Part shown: positions 18,889 to 29,525 of the stretch, piece after piece
How positions within the stretch are numbered: position 1 is the first letter of the stretch
Layout: the number at the start of each line of letters is the position of its first letter
IMG/VR virus record: IMGVR_UViG_3300036715_004471
Location: 310,001-374,000 of that record
Direction: 5' to 3' (one strand)
Length of the DNA: 64,000 nucleotides
Program-made: the position numbers and the translations under genes
The notes under the pieces: model-generated
The model's input: only the letters and a program-made list of their open reading frames with translations
What the model was told of the DNA's origin: nothing
Databases searched by the model: none

Positions 18889-19740
18889 TAAATACTTCTC
18901 CAAAGTTTTTATAAAATATGACCAATTTTTAGTTACTATAGCATTTGGATATTCTTTATTATGAAAGATTGCATCAGCAAAATTAAAATCATCTGCTCTA
19001 AAACCAATAGACATATTAGCTACAGCATGCGCCATACAAGAGTTTCCACCAATGCCTAAGGTGACAACAAATTTTGCCTCTTTCATTATAAGACAATCTT
19101 GTTGTATTTGTTTTAAATCTGATACTGTTTCTCCTAATGCAGGAACAGTGAGATCTATTATGCGCTCACTAGGAAGATTGGCAATAATTTGTTCATATAT
19201 ACCAAGTATAGGAATTTTATGAGATATATACTCTTTCCTCATTTCTACATATCTTTCACCCAAAACAACTATTTTATATTTGGAAGATAATTTTCGTAAT
19301 GTTTTCCATAATTCTATTGAATTAGGATAAAAAATATTCTTATCTACTTGTCTTAATTTTGTAGTAATAACTATATATTCTTCGTTCAAATTAAGAGATG
19401 TTCCTTTGGCTAGCAGATGACCTAATTCTACTTTTTGCGGTTTCAAATTCAATCTTTTTACCAAAGCAATCGCATCTCCATTAAATTTTAAAGAAACGGG
19501 CTCTAACACATAAGGTGGTTCAGAAAAAAACAATTGACCAATATCATATATGTACTTATTCCATAATTTTTTTTTATACTCCCAATCAGGAGCATTTGTA
19601 TGTAATGCTGTATTCCATAATTGAGTATGAAAACTCAATTTAATTTGATCATATTGATTTTTAACCTGATCTAAATAAAACTTTATATTAATGACTTCAC
19701 CCAAAGAAGTAGGTATTCCGCCACAATCTAATACTCTCAT
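18886..19740 (-). CDS. hypothetical protein, possible glycosyltransferase
   Basis: Sugar-cluster context; GT9-like tail (IVVLGE, IDLT, GIGG). Confidence 0.45.
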   Translation of the reverse strand: MRVLDCGGIPTSLGEVINIKFYLDQVKNQYDQIKLSFHTQLWNTALHTNAPDWEYKKKLWNKYIYDIGQLFFSEPPYVLEPVSLKFNGDAIALVKRLNLKPQKVELGHLLAKGTSLNLNEEYIVITTKLRQVDKNIFYPNSIELWKTLRKLSSKYKIVVLGERYVEMRKEYISHKIPILGIYEQIIANLPSERIIDLTVPALGETVSDLKQIQQDCLIMKEAKFVVTLGIGGNSCMAHAVANMSIGFRADDFNFADAIFHNKEYPNAIVTKNWSYFIKTLEKYL

Positions 19741-19764
19741 TATAATCCTTATGGTTAATAAAAC

Positions 19765-20067
19765 TTAATATGTTTTATGTTGGTCTTGTACAAATGAACC
19801 ATTATCTAAGTCTTCTGTTTTAGATGCCCGAATCATTTCAATAACTTTTTTATCTATTTCTAATATCATTTGTTGTCTTTGTACATTTAAGTCACAAGAT
19901 TTTTTAAAGACGTTGAAAAGTGTTAATAATTCATTGTCATTTGATCCAAATTTCAATTTGAAATCTTCAAATGTCATTCTTCTTATAGCATATAGTTCTT
20001 CCTGAACCATAAACATTTTGTTATTAATTGTTGCTAATTTATCAATTAAACTTCCGAGGGTATCCAT
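19765..20067 (-). CDS. DUF4254-like coiled-coil protein
   Basis: DTLGSLIDKLATINNKMF...LNVQRQQMILEID. Confidence 0.6.
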   Translation of the reverse strand: MDTLGSLIDKLATINNKMFMVQEELYAIRRMTFEDFKLKFGSNDNELLTLFNVFKKSCDLNVQRQQMILEIDKKVIEMIRASKTEDLDNGSFVQDQHKTY

Positions 20068-20684
20068 TTTTTCTCTATTTTTTTAGCGGGAACTCCGACA
20101 TAAGTTCCACTTTCAATTATATTTTTAGTCACACAGGCACCCGCGCCAATAATGACATTATCACATATATTTATCTCTTCAATACATGAAGAGTTCGTAC
20201 CAAAATATACACAATTATTAGCAATAACTTTACCACTGATATGTGCGCCAGGGGCAGTTGTAAAAAAATCGCCCACAATAGTGTCATGCCCAATAGTAGT
20301 TGATAAGTTTAACTGCGCATGATCTCCTAATTTAATATCTCCAGTAAGAATACAATTTGCACAAATTACAGATCCATAACCAATAGATATTGTATCTACA
20401 GACATCAAATTAGCACTTGGGGATATTAGAGTTTCAAATACAGAAATGTCATATTTTGATAAAATTTTATCAGATATTTTTTTTCTCAACTCAGGGCTGC
20501 CCACAGCAATAATAGCCACATGTTTATCTGGATTAAAATAATTCTCTTGTTCTATTTTAATACCACAACACGTGCCCCCAGCATTAACATTTATAAAAGA
20601 ATCTATTTCTTTACCACATTGTTTTGCTAACCAAAATACTTCTTTAGCAAATCCACCAACTCCAAAAATACATAATGATTTCAT
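20046..20684 (-). CDS. NeuD/PglD-family sugar acetyltransferase
   Basis: IFGVGGFAKEV, hexapeptide repeats, IGHD, YVGVPAK. Confidence 0.9.
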   Translation of the reverse strand: MKSLCIFGVGGFAKEVFWLAKQCGKEIDSFINVNAGGTCCGIKIEQENYFNPDKHVAIIAVGSPELRKKISDKILSKYDISVFETLISPSANLMSVDTISIGYGSVICANCILTGDIKLGDHAQLNLSTTIGHDTIVGDFFTTAPGAHISGKVIANNCVYFGTNSSCIEEINICDNVIIGAGACVTKNIIESGTYVGVPAKKIEKKWIPSEV

Positions 20685-21598
20685 ATTATATCCTTAATGC
20701 TGTTATTAGCAATATCAAATACATTATTGATATTTATTTCACTTGAGATAGTGATATTAGACGAATAATTAATTTGATCTTTAAATAAAGAACCAATCCA
20801 AAATTTAGATTGCTTTGACATTAAATGAGAAAATCCCAGCATTTTAATTTGTCTTTCAAAAAGATTTTCTTTAACCATGGAAAAAGAAAATACTCCGGAG
20901 CATCTTCCAATAATCATATTACAATGAGTGCTAAGAAAAGATATTTCATTCAAATCAGAGCCGTCTTTTTTCTTAATAAGATCTGATGAGAAGATAATGT
21001 TATCTGGTAGCGGGATATTAGTTTTTTGAGATAAAATAAAAATAATATTTGGATGTTGTTTTGCTAGTTTAATAGCTACAGAAGTCATATCAAAATTAAC
21101 AGATTGACCAGATTGAGAATGACCATTTTCAATTAGTATTTTTTTGTTTTGATGATTATGAAGCCAAAATTGAATTTCCTCAATATCAAATATTGAATAA
21201 TCGATGACAGGAAAAAAATCTTTTAAATCGTTTGAAATTTCAGACAATTTAAAACCCCATATTTGATTACAAGAATCATCAAGTGCCCCATATAATGCAT
21301 CAATTGTTAATATTCCATATTTTTTAGCATATTTTTGATCTTGTTGATCATACCAAGTATTAATGTAAATAGTATCATTTGTTTTGATGATACTATTTTT
21401 AGGATTGAGTTTATTTAAACTCAAAGTATCGTAATCTAATTTGGCAATATCAAATAATAAATTCGATGGATTTGGATGACTATATGAAAATTTTACCGAT
21501 GGATCAAGTTGATGTACTTTATTTATTATTTTTCGAATAATGCCACGAGAAAGATGAACATCTCCATTATGATAATGATTAAAAAATGTTATTTTCAT
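20681..21598 (-). CDS. hypothetical protein, possible glycosyltransferase
   Basis: FFNHYHNGDVHLSR, IIGRCSG; sugar-cluster context. Confidence 0.45.
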   Translation of the reverse strand: MKITFFNHYHNGDVHLSRGIIRKIINKVHQLDPSVKFSYSHPNPSNLLFDIAKLDYDTLSLNKLNPKNSIIKTNDTIYINTWYDQQDQKYAKKYGILTIDALYGALDDSCNQIWGFKLSEISNDLKDFFPVIDYSIFDIEEIQFWLHNHQNKKILIENGHSQSGQSVNFDMTSVAIKLAKQHPNIIFILSQKTNIPLPDNIIFSSDLIKKKDGSDLNEISFLSTHCNMIIGRCSGVFSFSMVKENLFERQIKMLGFSHLMSKQSKFWIGSLFKDQINYSSNITISSEININNVFDIANNSIKDII

Positions 21599-22941
21599 TA
21601 TAAACTCTCTGGTTTCACAAACAAATATTCTCCATTAATTCTTTCATCTTCAGTGTATCTACGTATATTTGAATTGTGTACATGATATGTTTTAATTGAT
21701 TTGCTTGGATTTATGACTGTATAGCCTGCCATTTTAAATTCATGAGCTATTCTATTATCACAACCCAATTTACCTAATTGAAAATCAGCTTTAACATTAT
21801 CGACCTTTCCTCTAAAAATCCAAGTATCTTGACTATCAGCCACATCAAAAAATGAGGAGGTATTATTATTCCAATCATATCGACTTAATGCATAGAATTC
21901 TTTTTTTTTAATGTTTTGAACTAATTGTATTGTGCTATCTAAAAATATATCAGAGTTACAAATGATATTAATATCATCATCACCAGATAGAAGATTGATT
22001 TTTTCTATGAAAAAATCAAATGTAGGGTTTGTATCTGATTCAAGTACAATTATATCGATTAATGAGTTATTAAGATTTTGTTTTAAACAAAAATCTATTT
22101 CTTTTCTTCTTTGTGGATCTTTATCTACATAATAATTGTAAAACAATCTAATTTTATTAGAGCTGTTAGTTATGCTAGAAGTATTAATCATAGTATTTTT
22201 TTTAATGGATACATGTGAATTTTGTATTTGAGCGACAGCACAAGATTTATTTGTTTTAATAATAGGATTGTTTATGGATGATCGTGGTGACGAAACAAAT
22301 TGAATATGATTGGTATTTTTTACCGCAAACCACAAGCGCCTTTTATTAACATCGCATTCTTCATTGTTTTTAATTTCCCAATCATATGTATATGAGCCAC
22401 AATTATATTTACCACTATCTTGCCTGCAAAAATTCATTCCACATTCTGTTAATATTCGTTCAACAGCCGCAGGTGATGGTCTGCTACCAACTCCATTAAA
22501 AGATAAATCATAAATATGTTTGTTTTCTAAAACAGAAACTATCTTTTTATCGTCATCAGAATCACAAACAGAAGCTTCTAATATAAGATGATTACATGCG
22601 CCACAAACTTGTCTTAAATGTTCTTCAAAATTAGCAAGATGACAAGATAAATCTAAATCCAATATAATATCGAAAAAGTTTTGACCAAATGGCCACTCTT
22701 TATCTAAATCGTTACAAATAATTTTGATGCCATTATATTTCTTGCTGGCAATTTTTAAGTGTTCTTGTCTAGCATCTACAGCAGTTACATCTGCTCCTAG
22801 CCTATGAAAAACTCCACAGATATCGGCGTGCCCACAACCTAAATCTAATATTTTTTTGTAATAGATGAATTTGTGACCATAGTGATCTAAAATTCCTTTA
22901 ATACGTTTTTGATTCCAATCCAAATATTTACCATCAAACAT
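21598..22941 (-). CDS. class I SAM methyltransferase fused to a GT-A-like domain
   Basis: ILDLGCGHA..VDAR; C-terminal NSDIFLD, ALSRYD, SQDTWIF, GCDNRIA. Confidence 0.7.
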   Translation of the reverse strand: MFDGKYLDWNQKRIKGILDHYGHKFIYYKKILDLGCGHADICGVFHRLGADVTAVDARQEHLKIASKKYNGIKIICNDLDKEWPFGQNFFDIILDLDLSCHLANFEEHLRQVCGACNHLILEASVCDSDDDKKIVSVLENKHIYDLSFNGVGSRPSPAAVERILTECGMNFCRQDSGKYNCGSYTYDWEIKNNEECDVNKRRLWFAVKNTNHIQFVSSPRSSINNPIIKTNKSCAVAQIQNSHVSIKKNTMINTSSITNSSNKIRLFYNYYVDKDPQRRKEIDFCLKQNLNNSLIDIIVLESDTNPTFDFFIEKINLLSGDDDINIICNSDIFLDSTIQLVQNIKKKEFYALSRYDWNNNTSSFFDVADSQDTWIFRGKVDNVKADFQLGKLGCDNRIAHEFKMAGYTVINPSKSIKTYHVHNSNIRRYTEDERINGEYLFVKPESL

Positions 22942-22947
22942 ATATTG

Positions 22948-23976
22948 TTATGAGAATATTAGCAATTTCTTTAGTTTTTCTGGAAAAGATTTTTGATCAA
23001 TTTTGGCATGAGGAAACTTTTTGATGGTATCTATAATCTTGATATTGCAAGAAGAAGATAACTTAAATTGTAAATCTTTATCTTTGGATTTAAATGTAGG
23101 TTTGAAGTAATATATTTGAGGCGGATCATTTTTCGAATTCCAATAATTGTAAACATACAGTAGTTTGCAAGATTTAGGAACACAACCAATCTTAATCGTT
23201 TCTAATTTGCCATTCCATTCAAATGGAATGTCATATGATACTCTAAGTCTTAGTTCAGAACTATGATCCAGTATTTGAAAAGAATTGAATAGCTTATTAA
23301 CTGTTTTATCAGAAAACAGATACTCACCATTTGATGTATCAAGTTTCAATTGAAAATCTGGAAATTCTTTTTTAACTCTATTGAGTTTAGCTAGATTTCT
23401 GTCTAGCATTTCTATTTCTTCATCTCGATCTAATATTTTTGCCATATTTAACTCAACTTAAGTGAATACTAAAAGTTTCTTTAGTTTGGGATCCAAGTAT
23501 TTTGTATCTAACTCTGCGCCAGGTGATGTTTGAATATACTTCATTATTTCTGCCGATGCAGCTCGAAATAGTTCTTCTGAAAGATTTTGTTTCTTCATCT
23601 TAGATGAAAAGGCAGAAAACTTTATGCACTGTTTTTTTGTAGCATATGAGTATTTTTTTGTTGCTAATTTACGACTAGCAGGCACAGATAGAATCTTAAC
23701 AGTTTCAGTTCTTCCATTATGGGTAAATTCTAACTCATGGCAAACCTGAATTGATAAAGAATATTTATGATCAAATGTGTATTTGGTATAATTATCGTTA
23801 ACTGATGCAGATGAAAAGGTAATACAATCTCCATTAAATCCAAGACTTCTATTTACTTTTACATCTGGAAATTTAGATTTCACAAATTCAATTTTCGCGA
23901 TATTGAATTCTGCTTGTTTGATTTGATTGCTTAATTCATTCACAATTTGATTAATAGGCTTATTAATTCTGGGCAT
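22948..23976 (-). CDS. tandem paralog pair (22948-23445, 23458-23976) with C-terminal F-x motif
   Basis: Shared KFPD, VN, NG-ET-KI; end KLKKLLIFS and KLKKLLVFT. Confidence 0.7.
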
Positions 23977-24142
23977 TAACTTTTCTCTTTCTAATCACTA
24001 GAACTTCTGGAAATTTTTGTTCTGATTCTGTAGAGCTATTGGTAAATCCACATTTTCTACATTTTACTTTTTTATTGATGGTTTTTTCATTCCCAACAAT
24101 ATCAACTTCTCCAGAACATAATTTACATTTTAATAGCTTCAT
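23963..24142 (-). CDS. small Zn-ribbon protein
   Basis: MKLLKCKLC...CRKCG. Confidence 0.6.
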   Translation of the reverse strand: MKLLKCKLCSGEVDIVGNEKTINKKVKCRKCGFTNSSTESEQKFPEVLVIRKRKVNAQN

Positions 24143-25028
24143 GTGTTGCGCTTTCCACAATGGTTTGTCTGAAAGCATCCATATCTACTTGAATAGATAT
24201 TTCTGCATTAGGGACGTCTGAACGACGAGAGCCCCACTCTCCTTTGTGTCTATATAGCTCTACAAGTTCAAACTTGCAAATATCTTTATTTATTGCAACA
24301 CAAGCCGCTAATGGATCATGAAAAGCTTTACCACTAGGTTTTTTCTTCAAATAAAAACTCATGCCATCAATTAATAAATCTAATCCTAGATTTTTGCCTT
24401 TGTGGTTAACCATAAACTCATGCATGATTTGATCGTATACAACACCATGACATACATTTTTGGATACAAAAATTCTCTGTAATATCTTGTCAGAAGATAA
24501 GACTTTCAATGCAGAATCTACGTCTCCATTTAGGTTAAATGTTGGACAAGTAATTTTACCTTTGAATTTCTCTAAAACCAATTCTGGTGGCATAATGTTG
24601 TCTCCAGCAAACCCACCTTGTACAACAATTTTAGAAATTACAGCATCTTCGTTCTTACGAAGCAATGCGCCTATGTTACCCAGCGCGGCGCCGCAGACAA
24701 TTGTCAATTCAGGATATTCCTGAAGAGCATTGTATAAAATCTCATTCCCAGTGCCATCGGGTTCGGCTGGTGGAATTTTTCCAAGCCAATTAAAATGAAA
24801 TGCAGAAACGCATTCCTTATCGTGATCCTTGTTCTTGGATCCGACAGGAATGCGTTTCTGCATCTTTGCTAATATATGTTTTACAACACCAATTTGGTGT
24901 TTGGTTCCTGGAGTTACAGTGACCGCAACTAGATTTACTCTATCATGTGTAGATAACATGCATAAAGTAAAAACATCATCTGGGTCAGCGGTCTCCATGT
25001 CTAATGCTATGTTAATTTTGTTCTTCAT
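24123..25028 (-). CDS. IU-type nucleoside hydrolase family protein
   Basis: DMETADPDD, GGFAG, TFNLNGD, FHDPLA. Confidence 0.85.
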   Translation of the reverse strand: MKNKINIALDMETADPDDVFTLCMLSTHDRVNLVAVTVTPGTKHQIGVVKHILAKMQKRIPVGSKNKDHDKECVSAFHFNWLGKIPPAEPDGTGNEILYNALQEYPELTIVCGAALGNIGALLRKNEDAVISKIVVQGGFAGDNIMPPELVLEKFKGKITCPTFNLNGDVDSALKVLSSDKILQRIFVSKNVCHGVVYDQIMHEFMVNHKGKNLGLDLLIDGMSFYLKKKPSGKAFHDPLAACVAINKDICKFELVELYRHKGEWGSRRSDVPNAEISIQVDMDAFRQTIVESATHEAIKM

Positions 25029-25054
25029 AAGTAGAAGATACTATAACAGTCTCA

Positions 25055-25402
25055 TTAGTCTGGAATTGATTCTAATAAGTCTTTAGCATAACTTTTCAAT
25101 TCTGCCGATGGATCTGAATTAGAAATAATTTTCAACCTATTTATTACATCTTGCGGAGGCTTCTTTTTCTCATAAAATCCAGTAACACCAATCATTGCGC
25201 TTTCCCTTACTAAAGCGTGAGTGTGTTTTAAGAGCCACCTGATGACAGGTAAAACCAAAGTTTCGTCAGTTGTTTCTTCACATAACAACTCAGCCCCAGC
25301 TACTAACATCTTAATGTCAGCATTGGGGCTGGTCAATATTCTCGATAATTCCTGGGGGGAATTTTGAGCCAAATCAATCAATTGAGCAATAGTATAAATC
25401 AA
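25055..25402 (-). CDS. HEAT-repeat-like protein
   Basis: LLKHTHALVRESAMIG...DPSAELKSYAKDLL. Confidence 0.6.
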   Translation of the reverse strand: MIYTIAQLIDLAQNSPQELSRILTSPNADIKMLVAGAELLCEETTDETLVLPVIRWLLKHTHALVRESAMIGVTGFYEKKKPPQDVINRLKIISNSDPSAELKSYAKDLLESIPD

Positions 25403-25638
25403 TTGCCACCTTTCTTGTCCTCTAGATCATCAAAAACAATTCTGGTTCTTCCTTGATGACCATGAATAAATTCGACATCTTCTAAGGAGTGATAGATGTT
25501 AATACAGCTGCGTTTTCCTAACCAGTGAACAATTACTTCACCAGTATCAATAAATATACAGCCTTCTGCAACATTACCACAACCACTTACACCGGACGCA
25601 TCTTCCAATCTTTCGAAGTGAAATCTACGCATACTCAT
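25399..25638 (-). CDS. conserved phage hypothetical protein
   Basis: RLEDASGVSGCGNVAEG...IHGHQGRT. Confidence 0.65.
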   Translation of the reverse strand: MSMRRFHFERLEDASGVSGCGNVAEGCIFIDTGEVIVHWLGKRSCINIYHSLEDVEFIHGHQGRTRIVFDDLEDKKGGN

Positions 25639-25714
25639 ACAGATTTATCCTTGTTAACCCCTCGTTTATTGAATATCTCTTTATTCATATGAATTTGATA
25701 TTCCGAAGGGGGCG

Positions 25715-26380
25715 TCAAGAGCTTATCTTAGACAATTTATTCTTGACAATTTCTTGTTCCTTCCAGTGTTCTGTAGTTTGTACATGATTAGCACGCACAC
25801 ACTTCATTACACAAGAGGAAAAATTTCTATCATCAAAAGCATCTTGAATCCTAACAACTACACCCTCTCTTATATCGCCACAAGCGGAAGATGCAATCAT
25901 GAAAGATTCCACAATTTCTTGTAATTCTTTTTCCGAAGAAATACTACCCTTAAAAAGAACAGGAACCGTGGGCACATGAATTTCATCCGCCCATAGCTCG
26001 ACTTCCTCCCAACACGCCCATTGCATATTAGAAAGATCGCGTACATTAAATAACAAAAAATAGCTAGGTAGTAGATCATATTTAATGGAATGTAAAGCAA
26101 AGCACCATTCACCGAATAATTGGATTCCTTGAGGGATTTTCCATTTCAGAGAGGCATGTAAAGCTTTCAATCCATCAAATGATGGGTGTGAGGGAGGACC
26201 CGAATGAGTTCTAGCAAAACAACCATCTGTTTCAAGAGAAGTATTGCTACCATCCATTTTCTCTGTAATAACAATAGGATTACCAATTAACCTAGACATA
26301 TCTGTCGCAATTTTATCATCATTGGTACAGCCTTTTGACCATGGAAAATGTGGCGTCCTATTATATTTGGGCGAGTCCAT
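25715..26380 (-). CDS. RNA ligase (Rnl2/DRB0094-like)
   Basis: KYNRTPHFPWS, TEKMDGSN (motif I), FGEW, REGVVVR, KCVRANH. Confidence 0.85.
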   Translation of the reverse strand: MDSPKYNRTPHFPWSKGCTNDDKIATDMSRLIGNPIVITEKMDGSNTSLETDGCFARTHSGPPSHPSFDGLKALHASLKWKIPQGIQLFGEWCFALHSIKYDLLPSYFLLFNVRDLSNMQWACWEEVELWADEIHVPTVPVLFKGSISSEKELQEIVESFMIASSACGDIREGVVVRIQDAFDDRNFSSCVMKCVRANHVQTTEHWKEQEIVKNKLSKISS

Positions 26381-26885
26381 TTTCATTCTCAACTTTCTTA
26401 TGGGGGCATGAATCAAAATTAGTTAATGCGAAATGACAATTAGCACACAATATTCGAAGAGAATATTTGGTCGGATTTTTCACGATATCTCTTAGATATC
26501 TAAGAGATTTGCCAACTTCTTTTCTATGTTTCCATCCGTCTCTGTTAACATGATCTATTTGCAAAAATTCTATTGTTGTCTCTGCACAACATTCACATTT
26601 GCCGCCCAAAAATTCAATCACTTTATATTTGTATTTCAAACGCCATTTCTTACGAGATTCACGATGTTTCTCTCTAGAAGTTTCATTGGTTTTCCACCTA
26701 TTTCTAACTTCTTTGGCATTAGGATTTTCTGATATGTATTTTTTACTAGATTTGCGGGCAGCTATTAAACAAATCTCACATTTAGTTTTATTTGACAAAC
26801 TTTCATTCTTGCCGCAATTTATACACAAACCTTGCGATTTTAATCTTTCACGACGCTCTTTTGATAATTCAGAAGCAGTTTTCAT
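26361..26885 (-). CDS. HNH-like endonuclease
   Basis: LGGKCECC..FLQIDHVNRDG..ILCANCH. Confidence 0.8.
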   Translation of the reverse strand: MKTASELSKERRERLKSQGLCINCGKNESLSNKTKCEICLIAARKSSKKYISENPNAKEVRNRWKTNETSREKHRESRKKWRLKYKYKVIEFLGGKCECCAETTIEFLQIDHVNRDGWKHRKEVGKSLRYLRDIVKNPTKYSLRILCANCHFALTNFDSCPHKKVENENGLAQI

Positions 26886-26930
26886 ACTAACATATCATCA
26901 TATTGATATTTCGATTGACCAATGATGATA

Positions 26931-27665
26931 TCAAACTAATAAAAATCTTTTCATCTTAGAATGTTTAACGTATTTGGCAAACTTTTTTATCTCTTCTGCA
27001 TTATCAAGATCTAAAACAGCTTGCTCCAACTTATCTACATTCGCTAATTTTATCTTCTCAGCAAACAATTTGATATAGGTAAACGATTTACATTGAATAA
27101 TCAAATCTTCAATTTTAGCAATTTCTTTAGGATCATCTAAATGTTTAGCTAATTCAAAAAGATATCTTGGTTTTCCAGAATTCAAAATAATCTTCTTAAA
27201 CTTATTGACGTCTGTGTTCTTAACATGTTTCAACCACATGTGAGCATACTTGACATTTTTTGATTTAAGAATGATATTCTCTAATGGTTTTCTATCTGAT
27301 TGTTTAACAAAACAGGCAAATTTACAGATATACTTTACTTTTTTTGATTCCACTACCAATTGCTGCAATGCCTTAATGTCACAACCCTTGATATTTTGGG
27401 CGAACAAAAAGGCATATTTAGCGTCTTTATTATCTAGAATGACTTTTTGCATTCTATATGTTTTATAATGAAAATCTACAGCAAAAAAATAAGCTAAACC
27501 AGAATCATCAGAATCTATAATTTCATTTTGTAGCGACTCTAATTCTTCATTTGAATATGTCGATTCGCCCCTATAAGGATTAAATCTAATATTCTTTTCT
27601 TCTAATTTGCGAATCCATCTTAGGGAATCAGCGCTATAATCACTCTCAAATAAGTATTTATTCAT
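26931..27665 (-). CDS. helical repeat protein
   Basis: Repeats of about 29 aa: YAFLFA..IK..D...LE..I..S. Confidence 0.6.
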   Translation of the reverse strand: MNKYLFESDYSADSLRWIRKLEEKNIRFNPYRGESTYSNEELESLQNEIIDSDDSGLAYFFAVDFHYKTYRMQKVILDNKDAKYAFLFAQNIKGCDIKALQQLVVESKKVKYICKFACFVKQSDRKPLENIILKSKNVKYAHMWLKHVKNTDVNKFKKIILNSGKPRYLFELAKHLDDPKEIAKIEDLIIQCKSFTYIKLFAEKIKLANVDKLEQAVLDLDNAEEIKKFAKYVKHSKMKRFLLV

Positions 27666-27694
27666 ACCTATTTATATATCCTAATGCACTGTAT

Positions 27695-28243
27695 TTACTT
27701 TATCAGCCAATTCTTCAAAACTTGTAAACCCTCTTTATGATTGGTTTGCCAAATATGACCGCCATCTAAAGCATAAGTTTCAGCATTAAATTGCTTCTTA
27801 AAGGGTAATGCATGCTCTTTACATGGAACGATTAGATCGTCCACCGCATATGCCAATAGAACTTTATCTGGTCCCACATTACGGCTATTAGGAATTTTGT
27901 TTCCCGGCTCACTCCTCCAAGAAACTGGAAAGATGGGGAACTCACTAGCAATACCCAAAGGAGTCCAAAGAGCTACTTTTGAAATTTTTGACTTAGAATT
28001 ACAGGCTAGATTAGCTGCCCACCATCCACCTAAAGAATGTCCTACCACACTAACATCAGAATATGGGCTCATTAATTCAATCAAATTTTCAATTTCCTCA
28101 ACAACCATATGATCGGAGGTAGGAGTTTTGCTCTTGTAAAAAACTGTATTGTATCCTTCCCAAAAAGATTCCTCAAAGAACCAAGATGATTTGGAAACAA
28201 ATGAAGGTACTGAAAAACCAGATAAAAATACAATTGTTTTCAT
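27695..28243 (-). CDS. alpha/beta hydrolase
   Basis: GHSLGG, DDLIVP, GGH; start MKTIVFLSGF. Confidence 0.8.
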   Translation of the reverse strand: MKTIVFLSGFSVPSFVSKSSWFFEESFWEGYNTVFYKSKTPTSDHMVVEEIENLIELMSPYSDVSVVGHSLGGWWAANLACNSKSKISKVALWTPLGIASEFPIFPVSWRSEPGNKIPNSRNVGPDKVLLAYAVDDLIVPCKEHALPFKKQFNAETYALDGGHIWQTNHKEGLQVLKNWLIK

Positions 28244-28261
28244 GCGTAAGCCTCTTAAAGC

Positions 28262-28294
28262 AAAAAAGCCAAGGGGGCTTGCCCCTGAGCTTTT
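28262..28294. terminator. probable intrinsic terminator
   Basis: A-run, GC hairpin (AGGGG..CCCCT), T-run just downstream of the Rnl1 gene. Confidence 0.55.
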
Positions 28295-28301
28295 ATACAA
28301 C

Positions 28302-29525
28302 TTAGTTAGAAAGTTCTAACATTTTGTCTAGGAAAATGTTTGACCAAGTTCCATTTTTCTGATTCTTCATGATAAAGTCCTTCATTGAAGACGCCTTACC
28401 ATCAAACATTTGAAAGAAAGGAGAAGTCCATAAGATTTTATGGTTTGAGGTCACCATCACAGCAAATGTCTTTTTATCACCTCTATTGAGATGATTTGAA
28501 CAATTCAACAAGATTTGGTAGATCTCATCATATCTCTTAATCATGTGATTAAGATTATTCTTCATCTTCAAAAGGTTAGACACAACTTCTTTTGGTAGAA
28601 GAGGCAACATGTCGTCATCCTTTTCTAACAAGATAGCTTCCATACAATTTCTTGGCGAAGAAGAAATATGATCCTTCATTTTATGAGCCAAAACGTAAGC
28701 TACGCTCTTGATTTTAACTCTCTTGAAGTTCTTATCTCTAACTATAACACCTTCCATTTTTGAAGGGTCTTGCGAATTAATGTAAGCAATCATATCATCA
28801 AATTTATCGAATTTGAATTCTTGCGCCAGAGGAACAGGAAAATCCGAAACAATAAATTCCTTTAATGACTTGCTGTTTCTTGCACCCAATAATACAATCG
28901 AGTATTGCTCGTAAGCAACAACAATTCTGTTATATGGAGTCATCAATTCGAAACAATATGTTACATCTCTATCCAAATCAGCAGTCAAGTCCGCAAATGA
29001 TACTCCTAGGGCAGAATCGCATGCAGCCTCAAACAAACTTCTAAAAGTATGAATACCATTATCCATTACAATATTTGCATCAGGTGAGCTTCTTGTTGCT
29101 GCACACCAAGCACCATCGAAAGGATCAAAATATACGATAATTAAAGAACCATCATATTTCGTTTGAATAACGGTTTCTGAATCTGCAAAATCAACATTAG
29201 CCGCCGCCGCCATTCCATAGTTGAAGAAACGGAAGAATGGACAAGCCAATACCACAGTTTCACCAGGAACAATATCATCATAACATACCTTACCATTTTG
29301 GATAGTAGAATGAAGAATAAAATTCGTGCCAGCAGGCGTAGATAGAATCAATCCTCGACACTCTTGTGCCAAAAGATCTGATTCCTTAGATTCCAATTGA
29401 TCATAATTTAATGACCACTTGTGACCAAGTTGGGAGAAAGAAGCATACACTCCGTGCTGCTCAGCTAACTCCTTGAATGATTTGGTTTTTAGAAATTCCT
29501 GAACTAACAACATTATTTTCTCCAA
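28302..29525 (-). CDS. T4 Rnl1-like RNA ligase
   Basis: ECRGLIL, PFFRFFNYG, TKYDGSL, YCFELMTPYNRIVV, EGVIVRD, VKIKS..Y. Confidence 0.88.
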   Translation of the reverse strand: MEKIMLLVQEFLKTKSFKELAEQHGVYASFSQLGHKWSLNYDQLESKESDLLAQECRGLILSTPAGTNFILHSTIQNGKVCYDDIVPGETVVLACPFFRFFNYGMAAAANVDFADSETVIQTKYDGSLIIVYFDPFDGAWCAATRSSPDANIVMDNGIHTFRSLFEAACDSALGVSFADLTADLDRDVTYCFELMTPYNRIVVAYEQYSIVLLGARNSKSLKEFIVSDFPVPLAQEFKFDKFDDMIAYINSQDPSKMEGVIVRDKNFKRVKIKSVAYVLAHKMKDHISSSPRNCMEAILLEKDDDMLPLLPKEVVSNLLKMKNNLNHMIKRYDEIYQILLNCSNHLNRGDKKTFAVMVTSNHKILWTSPFFQMFDGKASSMKDFIMKNQKNGTWSNIFLDKMLELSN

